DNA of 43,443 nucleotides from Pelomyxa schiedti (Eukaryota > Protista > Evosea): positions 1 through 43,443 of the forward strand of contig JAHLWZ010000444.1 of the NCBI GenBank assembly GCA_020536535.1, written 5' to 3'. Made by a program: the position numbers and the translations under genes. Below the pieces are notes generated by a model, which saw only the letters and a program-made list of their open reading frames with translations, ran no database searches and was not told where the DNA came from. The stretch's first letter is position 1. The number at the start of each line of letters is the position of its first letter. Shown piece after piece: positions 10,020 through 22,614 of the stretch.

Positions 10020-12847
10020 ATGTCCAGCACCACCACGCCCACCACGTCGTCTTCATCGCCATCATCATCGTCCAGCAGTAACACCACAGCCACGGCCACG
10101 GCCACGGCGACCGCCACGCCGACGTGCGGCAGGGAAGTTGCTCCAGTGCCGCCATCCCCCCCAAATTGGACGAACCGCCACGTGTGCGCTTGGCTCACAC
10201 AACTTGGTGTTGCCAAGCACGTCCGCGTGTTCGCTGTGCGCCATCTTTCTCCACTCTTTTTACATACTCTACAGAACGTTGCGCACAGAACGCGGAGTTA
10301 TGGGGGTGAATTAGCCTCTAATTTTGTTTGTTTGTTTGTTTGTTTTGTTTGTTTTGTTTGTTTGTTTGTTTTGTTGTGTAGGTTACCAAAGTTAATGGGA
10401 GAGAGCTTCTTAGCATGTCACAGGAGCAACTAGAAGCACCACCTTATTCACTCCCTGCTGAATTAGCGGCAAAAATCGTGGACTCGTTGACAACACAATG
10501 TGGTAGGTTAGCCATTCTGTAAATTCTGAGCTTTGTACTTTGTGTCTAACTCTGAGTTCACTCTGCAGCAAGTGTTGTATCAGACATATTCGATACGCTT
10601 CTTGCTAGCACAGAGCAAGCCGACGATGATGACATCTTCACACCACTCTATGAACTGAGTGATAGTGATGACGATATGCTTGCATTACACGCTGGGCTGC
10701 CGCCTTCTGCAACTCCCTCTAGCTCTTCATCCACAACTCCGCCGTCAAGCAAAAGGCCACCATCAGCTTCACTCAATCCAACAACGCCAGCTCAGCCTAC
10801 GACTCAGCAATGGCGTCATGTGGATGCGTGCCGATCACCTACATCTGGAAGGCGATTTTCCCTTGTTAATACTCCCATTCAAACATTTTTTCCAAATCCT
10901 TAATCTATTACAGAGGGATAACTCCCCTAGACCAGAAGGGTTGAAGGTACCTCCTTGCGAAAATCACTCATCTCTAAATGTTGGCAGACATCACGAGAAC
11001 TGTGCAAGATGACAGGACCACAACCTCCAAAAGAGTAACGCAGCTCAAATTCTGTTACATTCTTACCCCTCGTACGTAGATATGTCCACCACATGCCTTC
11101 ATTGATCAAGTTCATCCATAATATGGATGGAGCATCTTGGGATCATAATACCATTGACTACTGGAGTTCAATGCACAGTCCTGTGGCTTCATGGGTGGTA
11201 CTCATCAAACTTGAAACAAGTTACCCCGTTCAATTTTCTAAAGGCAAATGCTACTGTTGATGTACTAACTAATGGGATGCCACTCATTGACCCGAAAGTG
11301 AAAACCTTCAACTTTAATCTGGAGTTGGGCAGAAATTCTGTTTCAAATTGCTCTCGCATAGACCCAAGCATGCTTGTGGAGGCCCATCTTGACTGCAAAT
11401 TTTATGCCGAATTTCTTGCGCCATCATGTTGGCTCCCTGATCCCACTCTTAATGTTAATATGCTGTGCTTTCGTAGCACACAAGACATATGTTGGACAAC
11501 AAGGTGACTGTCCTTATGTCATTACATTCGAAATTCCGGTTTCCAAAGATAACAGTTGTAAAAAAGCCTTCATACGCACAAAACATGTATGTGTACTTCA
11601 TCCCCTCGTTATAACTGTTACATTGTAGGAAGATAAACGTGTTCTGGTTCAAGCTAATGAGCGACCTAGAAATCTCATACCACAACTTTTAGTAACTCAT
11701 TTTAATGCACAGTACTAAGTTATCTAAATAAAGAAAAAACTCATGCCTCAGTAGTGATATTCAGTTCGTGAAAGTCGTCGATCCTAATCTTCCCCATGAA
11801 CTGGTGGAATTTGAATCACGAAACACAGTCCGAGCATACAAGTTTGGACTTCTGTACTGCACACCATTCCAGCATGTTGAGGATGAGATATACAGCAACT
11901 GCAGTACTTCTCCACAATATGAAGAATTCTTGAGGTTCCTAGGGAACGGGGAGCCAATTAACTTAAAAGGCTGGAACAAATTTCGAGGGGGTCTTGATGT
12001 AAAAAGTAAGTTTTCTGAGAACTACCTCAAATAACGAGTCCACAACAGATAACGTGTCTGGTGAACAGTCTGTTTATACAGAATTCCGAGGATACGAGAT
12101 TATGTTTCATGTTCTCCACATTGCATTTAAAAAAAAATCTAATGCACTTTCTAGGTTGCTACAATGTTACCTTTTGTTGACACCGACAGACAGAGAGTAA
12201 AAAAGCAACATAATATAAGTACGTCTAACACAATATTCGGCATAGATCGAACGGAAAAGACATGTCGGGAATGATGTGGTACCCTTTCCAATACCTTCTG
12301 TTTGAGTACTGATAAGGAATTAAGGTTGTCATCATATTCAAAGAACGAGGCGACGACATGGACTGCTTCAATCCAAAGATTCTCGCATCCCATTTTAATC
12401 GTAATTGCACCTCCTGTGATGCCACCATGTAACAAATCCACAGATTGCTTCTTTGTCATTCAAGCTGAAACAGATGCACAAGGAAGAACAACTCACTACA
12501 GGTTGTGAACAACAAACAAATGTGCCGGAATGTTCTTACAACTACTACAGATTATCAATTGGAAATAAGGAAGGTGTACCACCGTACCCTCCCTTCCTTC
12601 CAAGTCCCCCAATATTCGAAAAGAACTCAGACTTCCGGGACTTTTTACTTCTAAAACGTTCGTCAATTCCTCCCCTACTCACTTCCACAAAAAATCACTG
12701 ATCCCACAAAAAAAAGTAATCAATGCTGAACGAGCAGCCATGAATGCACGAGAATTCAAAGCAAAAATTGAGAAGGCAAGAAGGGTACTACTACAACAGA
12801 TAGTCAATAAGTACACAACAAAACCCACAAAACCCACAAAAACTTGA
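10020..12847 (+). CDS. SAM domain + Rap/Ran-GAP domain protein, multi-exon
   Basis: N-terminal SAM. RapGAP motifs YKFGLLYC..YEEFLRFLG..LKGWNKFRGGLDVK, YEIMFHVATMLP, IERKRHVGNDVVVIIF (catalytic Asn intact) and FRDFLLLKLINAERAA. Stop TGA at 12845-12847. Confidence 0.9.
10322..10378. repeat. Imperfect (GTTT)n microsatellite in SAM gene intron 1
   Basis: Expanded relative to the equivalent intron in copy 1 (~4141-4160). Confidence 0.8.
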
Positions 12848-12944
12848 GTAAAGTAGTTGTGGATTTTTGGACTTGTATATTTTCTTTTTTGTTTCACTCC
12901 TTGTATCTTCACAGGGGTGTTGTGTGGTTTGATAGGTCTAAAGC

Positions 12945-14096
12945 TCAGGATCCACCAGGAGACTGTGGGGGAGAATTGGCATAATCCATTAGTGCTTGCT
13001 CTCCTTCTCTGTGCGTGAGGTTCAATATAGAGTCACATTTCGTCCGTTTCTTCCCGCGTTCACCTTCTTCAGTTGCCGGTGGTGGGAGTGTTTGGTTGAT
13101 GTGTCTCTCGATGTCCGAGTCTTCCCCGTCGGAGGTTGCTTTTATTATCTCTTCCTCTGAAGTAGGGTGAATGGGCATTCTGCGCTCCAGTATTGGTGTC
13201 GGCTGGAGCACTGATTACTGTTGAGTGCAGTTATATTGACGAAGGAGGATACCCGTTGGAGGTGTTTGTAGTGCCGGAGGTCTAACTGGGGCTGAATTTA
13301 ATCTATTGACTAACTGACTGAGTGCGATTTCGGCTTGGTGCTGTTGTTTCGCCTATGTTTGTTTTGGAAAAAGCTCCTTGTCAGCCAAGACATGATCTTT
13401 GCATTCCACATCTAAATTACCTTTTTCTGTCTGATGACATTTGTATTGACAGTACGTTCACAAAAAATCTGCAGTGACTTTAGAATGTGCCGAAAGAAAT
13501 TGCGCTTACCGTAGTTTTAACGTAGGTGTGCTTGTCAGGAAGTCGTGGGAAAAATTCGGGAATGTGTGGCGGCTGTGGTTCTACCGGTTCGTGAAGCTGA
13601 GGTACCGCGGGAATCTCTTTTCTGAGGGGGAATTGCGGAACATCTAAAATGGTATGGGAAGTTAAGCAAAAAGAATGAAAACAATGTGCAGGACCTTTGG
13701 GGAATGGGATTTCGTCGGCAGCGTCAAGATAGAGCCGTAGGGATGATTCGTCCAAATCCATCTCCCCCAAGGCAGCAATAACATCAGAGAAATTGGATTG
13801 TGTGCGTCTCGCATGTTCTGTGAGTCTGTGTGCTCGCAGTCCTATTTCTTCAATATCTATGCAGTGCTACCCATTTTTTGTTGTTTTTTTTTGTGCAGTT
13901 TGTTGTTTATAATGGGGGTTTTGGGTGTAGCACAACATCAGTACTAGAAAAATGAACGCGACTTTCGAGGTGGCGCACATAGTTGAACAACGTCAGTGAG
14001 TGTGTCCAGTGCCGTAGTTTGTGCTGTGTCAATCTCCTTTCCTTTAAGTACTTGCGCAATAGCGACCTCCAACAGCCGGCGTGCATACTCCCCCAT
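12945..14096 (-). CDS. TAF8: TFIID subunit 8 (bromodomain-associated histone fold + TAF8_C)
   Basis: Spliced MGEYARRLLEVAIAQVL..ALDTLTDVVQL|YIEEIG..EHARRTQSNFSDVIAALGEM, and PPHIPEFFPRLPDKHTYVKT, the TAF8 C-terminal motif. Confidence 0.85.
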
Positions 14097-14263
14097 CTTC
14101 GTATTTTTATTTTTTAAGTCTCAAAAAAAAACACGAAATCTGTATTGCTCTCCTTTTATTTTTCAAAGCACGATCTTGGCCCAAGTGGGCACACCTCAGG
14201 TGCCAAACCAAGTGGTTTGGGTGAACCTTGTTTGCTTGAAGGGTAGTGGTGGTGCCGCTGGTG

Positions 14264-17200
14264 TCACAGTGTCCCTGAGAGTTGTGCTCCAATCAGGGGC
14301 TTGATGCAATCGCAGGCGCCGGCGTGCTGCGCCCGCAGCGTAAGACGGTACATTTTGGCCGCGGGGTTGGTCTCTAGGCGAATCAGGATGGGAATCTGTT
14401 GGCCGTCCCCGAGGTGCAGAGTGGCCGCGAACACCAGATTCGACGCCTTGTTGTCCACATTCTCTATTACGGCAACCCTGGTGTGTGTTGGTAGATTGTT
14501 TGTTAGCTGGGCGGAAAGCGCTCGGGAACGGGGATTGTGGGATGGGGAGACAGGAGGGGGGGAAATTACTTGAAGCCTTGGGTGAATAGCTTGGAGACCC
14601 ATGTCACGTCAATGGGGGTTTTTGAGGGGAGAATGTCTTGCACCTCCAGTCCTGGTCCCACAAGAGATTTCCATGTTTCGAAGAATTCCGGGGCCGGAAT
14701 CTGCCTGCCGTGCATGAACTTGCTGAGGAAGATAGGCAGTGGAATAACAAATGATGCAGTCCGGCCAATTGTGCTGTACGATATTTGCATTGTGGGAGTA
14801 TCTGGGTATTCTCGGAGGCAAGTTACTTCAAGTGGATATTGAATTTGTGCCTTGGACGGAATAACATTGGCCAAGGTTCCCACTGGCCTGATGTCAAGGT
14901 CTGGAATTCTTGTTAGTGGTGACACGGGAATAGGAACGAAGTACATGGAACTTTTTGGATTGTAACGGAAAATTGAGTTAGAGGCATTGTGGTGCTGTTT
15001 CCAAAAAAGAGTACAATCCGGCCCTCAGCCCGCTGGTATTCAGATTTGAAACCTGCCGAGGTTACGTGGGGCTTGAATCGCTATTGTATTTTGAATTATT
15101 AATCCCTTAATGGAGTACCAATTTGGAAATTAGGGTCCTGGTATAGTACTCCATCAGGAGTAACGCACAATCTTCTCCAGTTCATTTGAGTCTGTTGTAG
15201 TTGTTCTACTGATATCCCTGTGCCAAGTGGCTGTACCACACCTAGTCCTGATACAGAGTTTTCCGGTAATGGAGCAACTACAGGTTCCATTCCACCGGTC
15301 CCAGGGCTGAGTCTGAGGCTTAGGTTAGCCTCACTTGGAGAACCAAGGCCCAGGCCTGCCAAGGAAAGGTCGTTAACAACAGGTGTTGTTGTCCCGTCAG
15401 CAACTGGAGTTGCTAGCAATGAGGGTGCTTGAGCTGAGACAGTGGGTGTCGTTTTTGGCACGGTGTTCATGTCTAGCAAGCTTTGAGTAGAAGAGGTTGG
15501 TGTGACGGAGAGATTTGTGTTTGTCTGTGCCGGTACACTAGAGAATCCAAGTAAATCCAGAACGCCGGAAGCTGAGGGTTTAGTTGATGAGGCAGAAGGT
15601 GGTGCTACAACAGAAGGCGTTGGTGCTGCTCTAGGTGCCTGGGAGAGTGTTTGTGGTGCTGACTCGGCTGTAGGAACTCGCTGTGATAATGAGTAAGTCC
15701 AAGAAACTTGGGAAAAGGATGTATACAGTGGACTGAGATGGAGAAGCGGAACCAGGTTTTCTATCGTCCCATGGAGGAATAATCTCAAGAACTACTTGCT
15801 GGAGGAAATGAAAAAAGCACAGTTGATTCCAGTGCATACCAATAATTCTTCTGCGCCAGGCTTGGTAAGACGCAAGTATTCACATGCCCGTTGTTGCACC
15901 TCTGCACCAATAAGTCACTAAATGGCAACATTCTTCCAGAGAAAAAATGAGAAAGAACCTGCGTCAATGTGATCTTGGTGCTGGGTAAACACTTCACGTA
16001 TAGAATTGCGCACTTCGGGGAACAGATTTACAAACTTGGCGTAAGTGGTGAGAAGAAGTGCTCTTGTAGGTATAGAGACAACACTATAACGTGTGTGAAG
16101 CAGTTTAAACTGCTCCAAGGTACTGATTTGGTTAAGAGAATGCTATAGAAGAACAGAAAGGAGAAGGATAACGAGATGCGGAAAAGACCTTGAGCCTGGT
16201 TGTTCAGCTATTAAATGTCCAAATTCTCCAAGGAGGTAGCCTCCAACCTTAACCATTGTCTCATGCCACGGTTCCATTTTGAGGGCCTGTACAGTGTGGG
16301 TGAAAGAAAAATCTTTTTATTTGTACCTTGAATACAGTCCTTGTTGCATACTCTTGAATATCTTCATTGTTGATGACTATTTTGACTACTCTGAACCAAA
16401 TATCATCCGAGACGTAGTCTCCAGCAATTCTGATGAGTTGCAGAATCACATCAACATACCACGCATATGTTTGGGAGAATTTTTCAGCCAGAATGGCAAT
16501 TTTCAACACCTAACAACGAGTGATTGAGCATGCTGTAAACGACTTAGTCTGAGAGTCCTACAAGCTCTTCTTTTATCTGAATATCACATGTGGACAGGTA
16601 ATTCAAAAGTTCGACAAGAATTTCTTTTGACGAGTCTCTGTCACACATTGCATATAGTAGGTCTAAGCTTCGTCGGCGAATGCTGATATCAGACTCTTGA
16701 AGGGATGCTGGAAGACAATTAAAGCACATTGACTAAATAAAAGGGGCTGTACTACCTATTACAGTTTTTTGGTGTTTCTTTATTAGATGAGAACTCTCTG
16801 ATTGTGACATGAGAGCCATTGCCTCCAGTCCTTTCATAGAGTTGTTACTGTCCAATGAAAAAAAGGTTTGAAGATACCAAGATACCGGACATTGGTCTCA
16901 CGTGCAGAGATAAATCTACCCAAAAAGGTAGTGACAGAGTTCAACAGATTTTGATCACTACATCTATGATTAGTATACGTTTTTATTCTGAATTTGGGCA
17001 CGACTATTCAAGGTGGATTACAACAGCTATAGCCTCAAACAAAATAGCATTAAGAGCATTTCTTTGATTATCACTTGCACCTCTTCCGGGCTCAGCTTGA
17101 CTGAAAATCTACTGTGATTAGGGAGGTGAACGATTTGTGAGAATAAACCTTTGTCAAAAGCGAGGTAAGCTGGTCAAGGTGTGCTTTTTGGGTGGGTGGC

Positions 17201-18373
17201 ACCAACTTGATAAATCTCAGACATTTAATTTGAAGCCATGGGTTAGGCACGTCGTGATAAAGATAGTCTCTTGAATACTCCTTCAATACTGTCTGAATAC
17301 AAATCAGTATCCCAAGTGGAAGAGAAACACAAAGCACTGAGAACCTTATGAAGAATTCGAAGAATTTTTGGAGTTGCAGCTTCGAAACTTGTTGTGTCAG
17401 TTTGAGCAATGACAGATAGCAAAGAAACCACACTGTTAACAACCCCAAGGTCAAGATCTTGAGGTGTATCAAAAGGGTGAAAAACCCAAAATTAAAGAAA
17501 TCTCACCGTCCAACATTGTCATAAGCTTTGCGTATATATTTGAATCAACTTGCAAAACGTTGTTATCTTTGCGGTAGAGTCGCAGAAGGCACATAGCTGC
17601 CTTCTTACGTACTGTGCTGGGAGTAGTTCTAGGACACGTTAAAAGGTCTAGCTAGTGTGACAGGAGTACGTTGATAGTAGCAGGTTTAGGATGGTAGGAG
17701 CCAGTGACTCAGTCATTTCCTTCCCCCCAATGGTGGCAATTGTAACAAGGGCAAGAGAGGTACTGAACTCACCCCTTGCCTAATGTAATAAACACAGGGA
17801 AATAAAACGGCATTAAAAATACCTGTAGGTCTTCTGCCAAAGAGTTGATAATGAGGGGTAACATTTCATGGTTTTCATTCAATAAAAGAGACATAGCAAG
17901 ATAACCCTGGGGAAAAAAGTCAAGAGAAGAAAAGCAAAGAAAGAACAAGCCATTGCTAAATTTCCTACCATTTGTTTTTCATGGAATTTAGTGCTGGACA
18001 AAAGTGTTACAGCCTCCATGTGCCCAAAGTCAAGTTCATAACCAAGCATGTACATGTACAATAACTTTGACACGTACTTACGCCGTGCATAGCCATCAAT
18101 GGTCTTTGCTTCCTACGATATGGCAGTTTGTAATTATGGGGGTGTTGCACATGTTGAGTGAGGATGCCCGTACCCTGAATTCCTTTCTGATTTTAGCCAA
18201 CTCTTTATCAACTCGTTTCTTTTCAAGCTCTTGGCTTGGAGCTATTTGTGATGATTTACAATTTACCACCACCGTGCAGAAGGAGGAAGAAAAAAAAAAC
18301 CATTGTGGATCGAGGAGATGAAGTTGTGCAACCCCCTCATGAAATCCTTTGCTATCCCCGCTGATGCAGCCAT
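14264..18373 (-). CDS. AP2A: AP-2 complex subunit alpha (alpha-adaptin), many exons
   Basis: [22 protein letters not shown]; [25 protein letters not shown]; [17 protein letters not shown]; [41 protein letters not shown]; low-complexity hinge; appendage ending [18 protein letters not shown]. Confidence 0.95.
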
Positions 18374-18711
18374 CTTGCCGTCTGGATTTCGTTCGTTTTT
18401 TTCCGTTCCGGTTGCTTGATTGTGGTTGATCAAGGTGCCTGCAAACACTGGGACTTAGGAGGACACACTTGTAGAGCAATAGCAGGGAAGCCCTGTATTC
18501 AGTGAGCCTTGACTTCCATCAGAAGTGACCTCTATGTGAATGATGTGAATGATGTGATTGATTTGAAAGAACCCTTTTCCCCAATTGGGCGTCACCATCA
18601 AAACACCGGAACCCCGAAATTGAGCGCCGAACGTGACGTCCCCCGAAAAGCCCTTGTTACTTTTTGTTTTTTGCACCCTGGAGTAGTGGCAAATAGATTG
18701 TGGTGACTTCA
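18374..18711. promoter_or_regulatory. Putative bidirectional promoter, AP2A / ABCA
   Basis: Divergent ATGs 338 bp apart. Contains GTGACGTC and GCGTCAC and a short (ATGTGAATG)x~3 repeat at 18534-18560. Confidence 0.4.
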
Positions 18712-21700
18712 ATGACCGAAAACAACGCTTCCAGTCTTGGGGACAAGTACTGGGGTACAGATACTGGGGATGCAGGGGCTACCCAGAGTGAGACTGAGTC
18801 GTTAATGGGCGCGGAGAGTGGCTTGAAAAGGACTTATGGGAACGCCAACAGAGGCAAATATGTGTTACTCAAACAGTTGAGAGCTATGTTTTTGAAGAAT
18901 GTCACTCTGTCTGTTAGACAGAGGAAGCAACTTGCTGTTCAAATTATATGTACGATGATGCAGTAAGTTTTTTGGGAGGAATTTGGAACTGGAAAGGAAA
19001 GTAATAACCAATTCTCACATAGTGCCACTTACAATAACACTTGGCATTGGCCTGGCTGCACTGCTCAAGGGTGATGAGGAGTCACATTCCCTCAATGACT
19101 GGATGTACAAAGATATATTGTATTATCCTTCAGAGTGAGTGCTCCTCTTCCCTTGTTTCTTACTTATTTGGTTCTTAAAGTGATTATTCTTATGGAGACC
19201 ACTTCTTCTATGTCGATCCTAATGACGTTGCTGGCCACTGCTACAATGCCTCATATAATTATGACAATCCACCCCGTGTTTGTGGGGATACCCTCTATTC
19301 TGGTCTGCCCCAAACGCACTATTTGATCAGTCTTACACGTCTCAAGGAGGAATTCTTGGAACGTACTACCAGAGACCTTGGACTGAGGCATATTGGTGCG
19401 ACGATATGGACCAATACGTCACATTACACTCGTGCTCTCCGTTTTTTGAAGAGCAGAACGACTGGGATACAGCCTTGGAGGTTTTCCAACAGTATGAACT
19501 TCAAATACTCAACTTGTTTAGAAATACATGGACTTATACAAAGATGCACGCGATGCAAATAATGACTGGGATATGAGCTACTGCAAGAGTGCTCAAATTG
19601 AATTCCAAATGCCTCAATCTGGTACTTCCCATCTTCGGTCTGGAGCCGACTAACCAATGACAGCATTTTATTTTGAGGAATTGACATCAACTGAAGAAAT
19701 TTCTCTTCCTGACGTCAAGTTGCACTACCGCGTCTTTGCAACTAATCAGTATTTGGCAGTGGCGTGGAATTATGATACATATGTTGGTCTCGCTATCCTA
19801 TGTGCTTTCTCACTAATTTAAGGATCCCGTAATGATATCCATTAACAGCATTGACAGTGCTTTCCTGCGTCTGATTACCAATTATTCCTATTCTGTAGTA
19901 GTAGGAGAGACAAAAGCTTTGGATATAGTACTAGGCTTCTCGGTTGAAAAGGTGGTGTTTTAGCGCAAAACTAACCACTTACAGCATTTCCCTGAGCACT
20001 TTTACCTGGAGTCTCCGCGAGCAATAATACTTGCCTTTGAGGCAATCTTAGTTCCATTCATATTAATGTGTTTGATGCCCTTTTTTATGCAGAAGGTTTT
20101 TTCCCCCTTTTTTCCACTAACTTACTTCTCCTCCTTAGGTTGTTGTAGAACGAAATTCTGGCCTTTCTGAGATGTTAAACTTGGTAATCTCATTTTACTT
20201 TTCCTCTTCATATCTTTACATAATCAGGCTGGTCTCAACACACAAATATATTGGATTGGCAATTTTTTATGTGACTGCCTTATATACAGCATATTCCTTC
20301 TTATTCTCATTCCCCTTGGTGCTGTTCTTCAAATGAAAATATATACGGAAGTTGGGTATGTTTTCTAATCCCCTGTGCAGCAGTGTTTTCATCTCTTGTA
20401 GGATTTCCTTGTATTGCCTGATTATTAGTTGGGGGATAGCTCTTATTGGACTCTCCTATTTCTTTGCAGTTTTCGTACGAACAGCAGGTCATTTTTTTCC
20501 TCTTAGCTGGTACGTTTTGATTTGATTGCAGCACAGTCTGCTGTCGTTGGTTTTATCATCGTTTGTCTGCAACTAGCCGCGGCAGTGTTGCTAATTTATT
20601 TTGGTTGTGCCACTACAAAAATTCTCAAACTAACATCCCTGTTAAGTATATTATGACCAGGACGGCACACCTGCCTATTTCATGCTTTATCCTCCATTCG
20701 CTTTGGCATGGGGTTTCTTTGTCACTGGTCACCCTCTTTCTTCAAAGCTTGAAATGTTCGTATGCCCTGATGTATCTGTTGAGCAAACTTGGAGGGCTAC
20801 AGGGTGGGTTGCAGGGATGGGTCTGATTTTTCTTCTTGTGTCAAGGTATCATCTGAACAAAGTTGTAAAAAAAATTCATTCCCTTCTAGTTATCTTGATC
20901 AAGTCATGCCACGGGCAATTGGAATGCGGAAGCCGTTCTATTTCCCAATTACAGATTTTATCTTCTGGGTGTCACACAAACTTGGTACCAAGAAAGGCCG
21001 AAAATTTCCTGCAACAGAATTAGCATTCCAAGGAGACAAGGCCGAACTAGAACCAGAAGATGAAGATGTACGGAGGGAGAGGCACGCTGTTTACGAATTG
21101 TCTGGGGCTAGTGATTGCCCTCTTGTAATTAAGGCAATGTCAAAGACCTTTTCTGGTGGTATAGGGTTTGCTCCACTGCGTCGTTTATCTTGTGAGTGCT
21201 TACTCTTAATCAGGACTTCAAACGTTCAGGCCTTGAAAAATGTAACCTTTCACGTTGAGCCGGGTCAGTGCTTTGGGCTGCTGGGGCCAAATGGTCAGCT
21301 TTGCTCCACGTTCTTAGTTTGTATAACCATATTGAACAGGTGCTGGTAAAACTACTCTACTGAATATCCTGTGTGGTTTGATGTCTCCAACGGGGGGTAA
21401 AATTGCTAACAAAGTCTAAACATAAACTTACACTTATAGGATCTGCTGTTATTGGTGGCTGTGCTCTCGAAAATTTATCTTCTATGCGGAGAATGATTGG
21501 TCTATGCCCACAGTTCGATTGGCTATTTGACGATTTGACAACACAAGAACATCTTTTATTTTACACACGATTGAAAGGCTTCCCAATAAGAAAAGAGTCT
21601 GCCCATGTGGTACGTGTAGAAGTTACAGCATTCCGTTTTACGCTGCATCTAGGAAAGTATTATTAAGGAAGTGAGCCTCCAAAATGAACGACGGCGTCTT

Positions 21701-22474
21701 TCAAGGGACCTTAGTGGTGGTCAAAAGCGCCGGCTTTCTTTCGCTATTGCGTTAACTAACGATCCGGCCGTTGTATTCCTTGATGAACCAACAAGTGGAC
21801 TTGACCCTGGGTGTACCAGGGAACTATGGAATGTAATCACAACTGCCAGGGTGTGTATCACAGCCCTATCAAAGATCATGCAGAATTAACTTTGAAACCA
21901 CAGCAAAATCGTTGTTTCTTACTTACCACACACTCCATGGCTGAAGCGGAGACAGTGTGCACACAAATAGGAATTCTGAGCCGCGGACACCTTAAGTGTA
22001 TTGGCACTCCCCAACATCTCAAGAGCCGATTTGGGCAAGGATACAAACTCGAGGTTCTGTGTGAAAGTTCCGAGGAAGCAACCAAACAGGAAGCGCACAA
22101 TTTTGTTGCTTCCATCATAAAGGGGGAACCTCAGGTTTTGCATGGAACCACACACAGCCTCGTATTCCAAATTCCGCACACTGTGAGAGTCTCGGATATG
22201 TTCGAGGTTCTAAGCCGAGAATCCAAACACCACAGTAAGTTCCCATCCATTCCCAAACACACAAACAACAACTCCCAATCAACAGCTAATGCACAATCAA
22301 TCAGAAATCAAATCGTGGAGCGTGGGCCAGTCCAACCTGGAGGAGGTATTCATAGCCATTGTTCACCAAGACGAGGGCGAGGCAGAAACAGCTGCACCCT
22401 CAACACTTCCCATTGGTTCCATACAAGACTCCTCACTGGCTTCATCACCAACATCAACCAATGGCTCTCTGTGA
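18712..22474 (+). CDS. ABCA-family transporter, half-size (one TMD + one NBD), multi-exon
   Basis: N-terminal [16 protein letters not shown] and several TM segments. Walker A GLLGPNG|[20 protein letters not shown], signature [10 protein letters not shown], Walker [38 protein letters not shown] and C-terminal NLEEVF are all typical of ABCA. Confidence 0.9.
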
Positions 22475-22614
22475 CATTCAAGCTTCCCCCCTTTTTGTCT
22501 GTGCTGTAAACAAAGTAATAACAAATTTGCGTACTAATTGGAAATTTCGGGTTTGTATTTTGCCACTGAAATTATGCATGAAACATTTGTACCCGAGAAG
22601 GAGGAAAGAAGTGC

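Larger units (their letters stand above)
6518..10661. repeat. Segmental duplication, copy 2 (matches 348-4442)
   Basis: Direct repeat of 348-4442, offset about 6.2 kb. Confidence 0.95.
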
